Source: an uncultured Polyangiaceae bacterium (GTDB taxonomy: Bacteria; Myxococcota_A; Polyangia; Polyangiales; Polyangiaceae). From it: a stretch of DNA of 64,000 nucleotides. Numbering within the stretch: position 1 is the stretch's first letter; every line of letters begins with the position of its first letter. The stretch is taken from positions 214-64,213 of the forward strand of contig CAYQAC010000009.1 in the NCBI GenBank assembly GCA_964415255.1. Direction: 5' to 3'. The translations under genes and the position numbers were made by a program. Shown here piece after piece: positions 7,733 through 14,762 of the stretch. The notes under the pieces were generated by a model, which was given only the letters and a program-made list of their open reading frames with translations, was not told the origin of the DNA and did not search any database.

Positions 7733-9043
7733 ATGCAACGTAGAAGTTTCTTGCAGGCAGCGGCGGCCGCGGGGCTCGCCTTGACCATCCCCTCCGTGGT
7801 GCGGCGCGTGAACGCGGCCGAGCCCTTCACCGGGCCCTTCTGGGTGCAGGTGCACGCCTCGGGCGGTTGGGACCCAACCCTGAATTTCGACCCGAAGCTC
7901 GCGTCGGAGCACACGCGGGCTTACACGGAGGTGGCGCGCGTGGGGAACATCCCCTTCGCGCCGACGCCGATTGACCTCGAGGCGCTGAACGTCAGTCAGG
8001 ATTACGACTATGACACCCGCCTGCTCAGCAACGAGCAGTTCCTGAACAGGTACGGCGGCCGGCTGACCGTCATCAACGGGGTGGACACCAAGACCAACAA
8101 CCACGACAGCGGCACCCGCAGCATGTGGAGCGGCCAAACCGGGGAGGGTTACCCCTCGCTCGGCGCGCTGATCGCGGCGACCCAAGGTCCGGGGCTGCCC
8201 ATGGCCTACATCTCAAGCGGCGGCTACGACGCCACGCAGGGGTTGGTGGGGCTCACCCGCGTGTCCAGCGTGAGCTCGCTCCAGCGCATCGCGCGCCCGA
8301 ACCTGATGGATCCTCAAGATCTGGAGGGAGACAGGTACCACACCGGGGACACCTGGCAGCGCATCGGTCGTTACCAGCAGGAGCGCATTGAGCGGCTCCA
8401 GGCGCGGGAGGGGTTGCTCCGGCCGCGCGCGGCGATGGGCGCGCTGGAGATGGCGCGGGCGGCTGACGGGGAGCTCTCCAAGCTGGAGCTCCCGGAGGAG
8501 CTGGTCACGGTGCCGGGAGGCGACCTGAACGATCTGCAGCGCATGATGCAGCAGTCGCAGATCGCGCTGCACGCCTTCAAGAGCGGCATCGGCGCCTCAG
8601 CCACGCTGAGCATCGGCGGCTTCGACAGCCACGCGAACAATGACCGCGATCAGCGGCGGCAGCTGGCCAAGCTGCTCGCGGGCATCGACTACCTGATGAT
8701 GTACGCCGGCACCTTGGGCCTTCAGGACAAGCTGTACGTGGTGGTGGCGTCGGACTTTGGGCGCACGCCGTACAACGACCGGAACGGGAAAGATCACCAC
8801 CCCATCTCCACGATGTTCGCGATGGGCCCGAACATCCCAGGGGACCGCGTGATCGGCGCCACCACGGAGGACCGCCTGGCGTTCGCCGTGGACCCGAACA
8901 GCTTGCAGCCGGTATCGTCAGGTGGCGTTACCATCACCCCCACCGTCATCCAGCGCGCGCTGCGCCGGGCGGCGGGGGTGTCCGCCGAGCTCGACGCAGC
9001 ATTCCCCCTCGGCGGCCCCACAGAGCTAGCGCTGTTCGGCTGA
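7733..9043 (+). CDS. Tat-secreted DUF1501-like (sulfatase/alkaline-phosphatase superfamily) protein
   Basis: Start set at the internal ATG giving MQRRSFLQAAAAAGLALT (twin-arginine signal). GGFDSHANND motif. Starts 14 nt after the upstream gene. Confidence 0.65.
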   Translation: MQRRSFLQAAAAAGLALTIPSVVRRVNAAEPFTGPFWVQVHASGGWDPTLNFDPKLASEHTRAYTEVARVGNIPFAPTPIDLEALNVSQDYDYDTRLLSNEQFLNRYGGRLTVINGVDTKTNNHDSGTRSMWSGQTGEGYPSLGALIAATQGPGLPMAYISSGGYDATQGLVGLTRVSSVSSLQRIARPNLMDPQDLEGDRYHTGDTWQRIGRYQQERIERLQAREGLLRPRAAMGALEMARAADGELSKLELPEELVTVPGGDLNDLQRMMQQSQIALHAFKSGIGASATLSIGGFDSHANNDRDQRRQLAKLLAGIDYLMMYAGTLGLQDKLYVVVASDFGRTPYNDRNGKDHHPISTMFAMGPNIPGDRVIGATTEDRLAFAVDPNSLQPVSSGGVTITPTVIQRALRRAAGVSAELDAAFPLGGPTELALFG

Positions 9044-9051
9044 TGGCGGTG

Positions 9052-9073
9052 GGGGCGACCGGCGGGTCGCCCC
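9052..9073 (+). terminator. REP-B hairpin GGGGCGACC-GGCG-GGTCGCCCC, terminator-like
   Basis: 9-bp GC stem with 4-nt loop, 9 nt after the stop at 9043. No U-tract. A second GGTCGCCCCGGTG half-site lies at 9094-9106. Confidence 0.4.
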
Positions 9074-9168
9074 GGTGCGCGACGTTGTGTGCTGGTCGCC
9101 CCGGTGTACGATCAGGGGGCGGTGCAGCGGCCGAGCACGGCGCTCCATGGCCGAGCACCGTCGCCTGC

Positions 9169-9765
9169 TTAAAGCTCTGCCACCGCGTGCACGCAGGTGG
9201 GCGGGCAACCCGCCCCATTGGGCTGCTGGGTGACGTAGGTGGGGCGGACTGCCGCTGACATGAGCACGTCGCCCGCGTTCGAGACGGTGATCGTGAGCTC
9301 TTCTGGGTGGTGGCCTACGATGTCGAGCCCAACCACGCGCGCTCCTTCGACTCGCACTCCAACCTGCTGACCCGTGCACGAGTTCAAGCCGTTCCCCTCA
9401 GCGTATTCGCATTGAACAGTTTCATTGTCCATCTGGAGTGAGATGGACAGCTCAAGCGAGGCGTCTGCCGGAGATGAGAACCGGACGCCAACGCCGTCCA
9501 GGCAGCCCATGTCGGTGCAGCCGCTGCTGCTGCTGCTGCACCCGGCTGCAGCGCACATCAGCACCCATGACGCGCAGCCTATGAGGAAGGTCCGAGCCAG
9601 GCTTCTTCCCGTGGGTGCACGAGGACGTGCGGGCGTTGGGTGGCTAGGTGATGCGGACGCCCTGCGGGGGTGAATGAGGGCTGGCTCATGGGAGTCGCCG
9701 CCCACGCCGACACCAGCGCCTGCTCCAAGGAGTATCGACCTACTCTGAGCGCTACCCATCGCCAC
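9169..9765 (-). CDS. hypothetical lipoprotein (start uncertain)
   Basis: Internal signal/lipobox FLIGCASWVLMCAAAGCSS followed by a Cys-containing mature region. Locally lower GC. No good start codon just upstream of the signal, so the N-terminus is unresolved. Confidence 0.5.
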   Translation of the reverse strand: MAMGSAQSRSILLGAGAGVGVGGDSHEPALIHPRRASASPSHPTPARPRAPTGRSLARTFLIGCASWVLMCAAAGCSSSSSGCTDMGCLDGVGVRFSSPADASLELSISLQMDNETVQCEYAEGNGLNSCTGQQVGVRVEGARVVGLDIVGHHPEELTITVSNAGDVLMSAAVRPTYVTQQPNGAGCPPTCVHAVAEL

Positions 9766-10052
9766 TGACTGAAGCCCTCCTTCAGCCTCCGTTCTGACAG
9801 TCAGCGTCGTTGGTACAAGCGAAGGTTCTGCGCGCTGCCTAGTGGCGGGTCACGGTGTGCAGCTGCCTGGCGCTGTTTAGTCAGTGTGGCGAATTTGATG
9901 TCGTGGTGCGGCAGGTGCTGCCATCGCGGGCGCTAGTGGTCTGCGACACTGACTAATGCGTAGAAGCTTCGCGTCCGCGCAGCGATTGCGTGGCCAGCAA
10001 TATTCGCGCGGCGCCGTGGACGCGTGACAGGCGTTGGGCGACCAGCCGGCCC

Positions 10053-10472
10053 CTACTCTTCTGGTGCGCCGCAGGCGCCGCGGTGCTCGTACCTGGCTAG
10101 CGGGCAGCTGCCGCTGCCGCCGAACGTCTCGCCGTCGCAGCCGCAGTATTGGCGATGGTCTCGCGTGCACATGCGGTCGAGCGGCACGCACCGCCCGCCG
10201 CCGGGGCCGCAGCCTTTGCCTTCGCAGATCCCGCTGACGCAGTCCGCCGCGGTGTCGCAGGCCTCACCGTCGGCTTGGGTGCCGCTGTGGCTCGGGGGCG
10301 CCTCTGGCGGCGTGGGGGGTGGCGCCTCAGGGGAGGTGGGCTCAACGCCTGGCTCCGCAGGGACCTCGGTGGGGTGCTGGGCGGGCGCAGAGCCACACGC
10401 AGCGACGAGCAGCGCAGTGGGTAACAGCAGCGCAGTGGGTAACAGCAGCGCAGTGGAGAGCAGGCTCTTCAT
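10053..10472 (-). CDS. secreted lipoprotein with Kazal-like Cys-rich C-terminal domain
   Basis: MKSLLSTALLLPTALLLPTALLVAACGS lipobox, Pro-rich linker, then C-rich CDTAADCVSGIC...YCGCDGETFGGSGSC (Kazal/follistatin-like CGxDGxT motif). Confidence 0.65.
   Translation of the reverse strand: MKSLLSTALLLPTALLLPTALLVAACGSAPAQHPTEVPAEPGVEPTSPEAPPPTPPEAPPSHSGTQADGEACDTAADCVSGICEGKGCGPGGGRCVPLDRMCTRDHRQYCGCDGETFGGSGSCPLARYEHRGACGAPEE
10406..10454. repeat. 18-bp in-frame tandem repeat (x2.7) within the signal peptide
   Basis: AGCAGCGCAGTGGGTAAC repeated. It encodes the LLPTAL repeats of the signal-peptide hydrophobic core. Confidence 0.9.
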
Positions 10473-10551
10473 GACGCGGAGGCTAGCACCGCCCGGGTGA
10501 ACCGAGGGGGAGCCGCCAGATCGACCTCTGCATCGACCTGGGGTGTTACGT

Positions 10552-10627
10552 TGGTGGAGCCGAGGGGGATCGAACCCCTGACCTCAAGACTGCCAGTCTA
10601 GCGCTCTCCCAGCTGAGCTACGGCCCC
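10552..10627 (-). tRNA. tRNA-Ala (anticodon GGC), CCA encoded
   Basis: Manual cloverleaf: GGGGCCG-TA-GCTC-AGCTGGGA-GAGC-G-CTAGA-CTGGCAG-TCTTG-AGGTC-AGGGG-TTCGATC-CCCCT-CGGCTCC-ACCA. G3:U70 Ala identity pair. One U-U mismatch in the anticodon stem. Confidence 0.93.
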
Positions 10628-10712
10628 AACGGGAGGCGGACTCTGCCACGCTCCGCGCGCCTTGGCGAGCACTTTTGTTGGGCGCCGCAGGGCGCCTCGC
10701 GCGGCGGACGCC

Positions 10713-11057
10713 TTAGGGCTCGGCGGGCGGCGGGGCGACCTGCTGCAGGCGCTCCATCACGCGGCGCGCGGCCTCTTGAGCGCGGGCGGGATCCAGGCTC
10801 GGGGGGATGACGGCGGGCGCTTCACCGACCGCGCCTTCGGGGGGGATCTCATCCACAACCGGCGAGGCGACGGCCGCGACGGGTGGTGCGGCGACCGGCT
10901 CTTCCCCGCTGTCTAGCGCGACCGCGACGATCCCCACGCCGACGAACAGGCCAATGCCGAGCAGCGTCAGCCAGCCTGGGGTGTGGGGCTCATCCGGGTC
11001 GAGCTCATCCTCATCGTGGTCGTGGGCGTCTGCGGTGTGGGGGTCGTGAGCGGACAT
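10713..11057 (-). CDS. small single-pass membrane protein with acidic His/Asp-rich N-terminus
   Basis: MSAHDPHTADAHDHDEDELDPDE, then TM segment WLTLLGIGLFVGVGIVAVAL, then a Pro/Ala-rich tail. Confidence 0.5.
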   Translation of the reverse strand: MSAHDPHTADAHDHDEDELDPDEPHTPGWLTLLGIGLFVGVGIVAVALDSGEEPVAAPPVAAVASPVVDEIPPEGAVGEAPAVIPPSLDPARAQEAARRVMERLQQVAPPPAEP

Positions 11058-11135
11058 GGCCTTGGCGAAGGCTTATGGGGGTTCAGGGACTGGGTCAAGT
11101 GGCAGCGCCGGCCCTGAGGCGCTATCGAGGCCTCA

Positions 11136-11978
11136 GTGTCCACCTTGGTCTTCGCCACGCTCGCCTCGGCCTCGGCCACGGCCACCCCGGAGCGCCACGC
11201 GGAGCGCGCGGAGCGGCTCGCACCAGAGGCTCAGCTGCAGCTGCTGTGTCAGCTGCTCTCGGTGAGCACTGGCCTGAGCCTGACGCCTGAGCTCCTGACC
11301 GACTCGGAGCAGCTGGTCCGGGGCTTCGAGGAGGGCCTCTTCAGCTTGGCCTGGGCGCCGCCGCTCATCGCGCTGGAGCTCCAGCAGCGTCGCTTGGCGG
11401 AGCCGCTCGTGGTGGTGCAGCGCGGCCAGCGCTTGGGTTACCACGCGGCGCTTTTTTCGCGCGCGAACGCGCCGTTCAGGCAGGCGAGTGAGCTGGTGGG
11501 GTCGCGAGTCGCTTGGGTGAGCCAGGACTCGACCAGCGGCTACGTCGCGCCGCGCTGGCACCTGCGCACATTGGGCATGAACCCTGACGAGATGTTCGCG
11601 GAGCAGCGCTTCTACGGCGATCACGACGCGGTGGTGCGCGCGGTGCTCGAGGGCGAGGCGGACGTCGGCGCGACCCACGTCGGCGTGGATCCGCTGACCG
11701 GTGAGCTGGAGAGCGCGCCCTGGCTCAGCTACGCGGGGGCCGAGGCGGTGCGCGTGTGGTTCTTGATTGGTCCTATCCCGGGGGACGTGGTCGTGTGTGG
11801 TGCCCAGGTGCGCCCCACGGTGCGGCAGCGGCTCGCGGCGGTGTTCTTGGCGTTGCCTCCTGAGGCGCGGCCGCTCGCTGAAGCGGTGTTCCAGGCACAC
11901 CAGTTCGATCCTGCGCCGCCCGGTCACCTCGATCTCTTGCGCGGCCTGTCGAGGTCGCGCGACAAGTCAGGGTCCTAG
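11136..11978 (+). CDS. PhnD/PBP-like substrate-binding domain protein (no signal peptide seen)
   Basis: VAWVSQDSTSGYVAPR and GEADVGATHVG resemble phosphonate-type periplasmic binding proteins. Lies directly upstream of the kinase on the same strand. Confidence 0.5.
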   Translation: MSTLVFATLASASATATPERHAERAERLAPEAQLQLLCQLLSVSTGLSLTPELLTDSEQLVRGFEEGLFSLAWAPPLIALELQQRRLAEPLVVVQRGQRLGYHAALFSRANAPFRQASELVGSRVAWVSQDSTSGYVAPRWHLRTLGMNPDEMFAEQRFYGDHDAVVRAVLEGEADVGATHVGVDPLTGELESAPWLSYAGAEAVRVWFLIGPIPGDVVVCGAQVRPTVRQRLAAVFLALPPEARPLAEAVFQAHQFDPAPPGHLDLLRGLSRSRDKSGS

Positions 11979-12093
11979 CCTCGCGCCGCTTCCCTTGCGC
12001 GCCGCTCTAGCTGTTGGATTTGAGGGCGACAAACGGTAAACCGTGGGTCGCCCTAGGGGGCGGCTAGGCTCAGCAGCGGGCCCGAGATTTACC

Positions 12094-13569
12094 ATGGCAC
12101 AGCAGCAACAACGCTACCGCGTCGTCCAGAGGATCGCAGCGGGCGGCATGGCGGAGGTCTTCCGCGCCGAGAGCGCGGGCCTCGAGGGCTTCAAGAAGAA
12201 GGTCGCGATCAAGCGCGTCCTCCCGCACCTCTCGGAGAAGAAGCAGTTCATCGGGATGTTCCTGGATGAGGCGCGCACGTCCGCCCTCCTGTCCCACTCG
12301 AACTGCGTGCAGGTGTTCGACATCGGCGTCGGCGACAACACCTACTTCATCGTGATGGAGTTCGTGGATGGCGCGGACCTCAAGGCCATCATCGAGTACG
12401 TGCGGAAACACCACCGCACGTTCCCGCCTGAGGTCGCCGTCCACATCTGCGTGAAGATCTGCGAGGGCCTCGCCTACGCGCACGAGGTGAAGGACGACGA
12501 CGGCCAAGTCATCGGCATCGTCCACCGCGATATGTCTCCGCCGAACGTGCTCGTCACGCGCTACGGCGAGGTAAAAATTGTGGACTTCGGCCTCGCCAAG
12601 GCCAACAGCCAGCTCGAGAAGAGCGAGCCGGGCATCATTAAAGGTAAGTTTAGCTACCTTTCTCCGGAGGCCGCGCTGGGCCAGCCGGTGGACGCCCGCA
12701 CGGACATCTTCGCGGTGGGCATCATCCTGTGGGAGATGCTCGCCGGGCGGCGGCTTTTCCTCGGGGAAACAGATTTGGAGACGGTGCGCCAGGTGCAAGC
12801 GGCGCGCATCCCCAGCGTCCGTGAGCTGAACCCGCAGGTGACGCCGGAGCTTGAGCAGGTCATCCTGAAGTCGCTCACCCGCGACCCGAACACGCGCTAC
12901 CTGACGGCGCGCGACTTCGGGCGCGACCTGAACGACATGCTCTTCCGCTCGGAGCGCGCGGTGTCGGCGTTCGACCTCGCGGAGCTGGTGCAGCGGGTGA
13001 TCGTCGAGCGCGACAGCGAGAAGCAGCAGCGCCCGAAGGACAAGGCCTCCATCATCGGCGAGCTGATCGACGACGCGCTGTTTGAGTTCACCTCGCTGGA
13101 TGAGCAGAGCGCCGCGGCGGGTGAAGACAGGGGCTCCGGCAGCGTGGTCGGCGCGGTGCCGCTCAACCTCGGCTCCTTCGAGAACGTGGGGGACTGGGCT
13201 TCAGATTTGGGGGACCTCGGCGGTATGCCGCCCACCTCGTTTCAAGAAGGGAACCTCGCCGCGTTAGAGGAGGAGTCTTCCCAGCCGCCGCAGGCTACCC
13301 ACATCACGCCGCCGCCCGCGCCGTCGCCGCTCGCAGGTTCATCGCTCGGGTCGTCGCCGCTCGTGGCATCCCCACCAGCCCAGCCGCTGGCGGCGCCCGT
13401 GAGCGCAGCGCTCTCCGCGCCCTCGGGTCAGGCGCTGGCACCCTCAGCGGGCGCGCTGGTGCCGGAGCCGCCGAGCTCCTCCAAGACGGGCCTCATCGTG
13501 ATCGTCTTGGTGGTGTTGCTGTTGGGCGTCGGCGCGGGCCTGTACTTCGCCGGGATCATCCCTGGATAG
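12094..13569 (+). CDS. Ser/Thr protein kinase, C-terminal membrane anchor
   Basis: Start at the ATG giving MAQQQQRYRVV. GGMAEV...VAIKR, HRDMSPPNVLV, DFGLAK, SYLSPE. C-terminal TM IVIVLVVLLLGVGAGLYFAG. Confidence 0.9.
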   Translation: MAQQQQRYRVVQRIAAGGMAEVFRAESAGLEGFKKKVAIKRVLPHLSEKKQFIGMFLDEARTSALLSHSNCVQVFDIGVGDNTYFIVMEFVDGADLKAIIEYVRKHHRTFPPEVAVHICVKICEGLAYAHEVKDDDGQVIGIVHRDMSPPNVLVTRYGEVKIVDFGLAKANSQLEKSEPGIIKGKFSYLSPEAALGQPVDARTDIFAVGIILWEMLAGRRLFLGETDLETVRQVQAARIPSVRELNPQVTPELEQVILKSLTRDPNTRYLTARDFGRDLNDMLFRSERAVSAFDLAELVQRVIVERDSEKQQRPKDKASIIGELIDDALFEFTSLDEQSAAAGEDRGSGSVVGAVPLNLGSFENVGDWASDLGDLGGMPPTSFQEGNLAALEEESSQPPQATHITPPPAPSPLAGSSLGSSPLVASPPAQPLAAPVSAALSAPSGQALAPSAGALVPEPPSSSKTGLIVIVLVVLLLGVGAGLYFAGIIPG

Positions 13570-13598
13570 GGTTTTTGGGGGTTTGGCACCGCGCTGGG
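13569..13598 (+). repeat. REP-C copy, forward
   Basis: GGGTTTTTGGGGGTTTGGCACCGCGCTGGG, beginning at the kinase stop codon. Confidence 0.8.
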
Positions 13599-13715
13599 TG
13601 TTGTCAGGTACACTGACGTAGCGCGCCTGGTCGGCATCAGCGCAGACGGGGGGCGGCTGGGTGCTGTCAGGTGCACTGACGTAGCGCGCCTGGTCGGCAT
13701 CAGCGCAGACGGGGG
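13594..13715. repeat. 63-bp direct repeat x2
   Basis: CTGGGTG(T/C)TGTCAGGT(A/G)CACTGACGTAGCGCGCCTGGTCGGCATCAGCGCAGACGGGG, two near-identical adjacent copies (13594-13656 and 13657-13715). Confidence 0.9.
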
Positions 13716-13733
13716 CGACCGGCCGGTCGCCCC
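13712..13733. repeat. REP-B perfect palindrome GGGGCGACCGGCCGGTCGCCCC
   Basis: 22-nt perfect palindrome. Confidence 0.9.
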
Positions 13734-13755
13734 TACGTGTGTTGTTGTGGTTGAC

Positions 13756-13777
13756 GGGGCGACCGGCGGGTCGTCCC
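13756..13777. repeat. REP-B copy GGGGCGACCGGCGGGTCGTCCC
   Basis: Imperfect palindrome. Followed by the same CTAC(AC)ACGTGT..GTTGTGG tail as the 13712 copy. Confidence 0.8.
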
Positions 13778-13796
13778 TACACACGTGTCGTTGTGG

Positions 13797-13824
13797 CTGG
13801 TCGCCCCTAGACAGGGGCGACCAG
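13797..13824 (-). terminator. REP-B-type hairpin, terminator-like, after infC
   Basis: CTGGTCGCCCCT-AGAC-AGGGGCGACCAG: perfect 12-bp stem, 4-nt loop, 7 nt downstream of the infC stop (13832-13834). No U-tract. Confidence 0.45.
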
Positions 13825-13831
13825 CTGGGCG

Positions 13832-14575
13832 CTATTCGTCGCCGTCTGACTCGTCGTCGTCCGATTCGTCGTCATCCGACTCATCATCGTCGTCATCGTC
13901 ATCGTCGTCATCGTCGTCGAGGTCCTCATCTTCCTCCTCGATCTCTTCTTCGGGCTCCTCACCGCGCTCACGACGAAGCTCTGCGTTGCGTTCGCGCGCG
14001 GCGCGCTCCGCCTGCACGCGCTGCATCACCGCGGGCTTGGGCGCCACGATGAGCACCATGGTGCGCCCCTCCATCGTGGGCATCTGCTCCACGGTGGTGA
14101 GATCTTCAAGGCCCTGGAGCAGCCAATCAAGCTGCATCTTGGCGCGCTCGGGGTGCGTGATTTCGCGGCCGCGGAAGCGCACCGTGAACTTCACCTTGTT
14201 CCCTGACTCAAGGAATTTGCGCGCCGCGCGGAGCTTGACGTTCAAGTCATGATCGTCGGTCTTGGGGCGGAGCTTCAGCTCCTTCACCTCGACCACCGTC
14301 TGGCGCCGCTTGGCGTCGCTGGCCCGCTTCTTCTCCTCGTACTTGTACTTGCCAAAGTCGAGGATTTTACAGACGGGCGGCATGCTCTTGGGGTTCACCT
14401 CGACCAAGTCGAGGCTCTCCTCACGAGCGCGCCGGAGCGCCTCTTGGGTCGTCATCACCCCCAGCATGGAGCCGTCCGAGGCGACGACTCGCACCTCAGG
14501 CACGCGGATGCGGTGATTGATCCGGATCTGGGGGCCGCGCGGCTCTGCGCGGTGGAAGCGTCGCCTCATCGCCAT
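13832..14575 (-). CDS. infC: translation initiation factor IF-3 with 66-aa acidic C-terminal extension
   Basis: RINHRIRVPEVRVV, LDLVEVNP..PPVCKILDFGKYKYE, FRGREITHPE. After the conserved LIVAPKP end comes a 66-aa tail finishing in poly-D/E/S. The start codon may be non-canonical, as is usual for infC. Confidence 0.92.
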   Translation of the reverse strand: MAMRRRFHRAEPRGPQIRINHRIRVPEVRVVASDGSMLGVMTTQEALRRAREESLDLVEVNPKSMPPVCKILDFGKYKYEEKKRASDAKRRQTVVEVKELKLRPKTDDHDLNVKLRAARKFLESGNKVKFTVRFRGREITHPERAKMQLDWLLQGLEDLTTVEQMPTMEGRTMVLIVAPKPAVMQRVQAERAARERNAELRRERGEEPEEEIEEEDEDLDDDDDDDDDDDDESDDDESDDDESDGDE

Positions 14576-14762
14576 CGATCTGCTCTACCTCGGTTCATGC
14601 GTTCCCTTTGTCTGAGGCTGCGGCGCTGCCGCAGCTCGTAGTCTGTCCTGCTGACCATCCCAGCCGCGCGCTGGGCTCCGGGGGGTGACGGCTGGTCAGC
14701 GCGTGACCACGCGCCCAATGCGCCCAGCGCCTCACAGCTCCCGCCGCCCAAGCCATGGCAGC

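Noticed and set aside
9877-10191. 104-aa ORF, plus an inverted repeat TTAGTCAGTGT (9878-9888 and 9946-9956) in the lower-GC gap
   Set aside because: The ORF has no coding signal or motifs. The 11-bp inverted repeat with an inner GGCAG-GTG-CTGCC hairpin might be an sRNA or operator, but I have no supporting evidence beyond the palindrome.
13785-14252. Poly-Ser ORF (SSSDSSSSDSSSS...)
   Set aside because: It is the antisense reading of the IF3 acidic tail. The infC frame is strongly supported.
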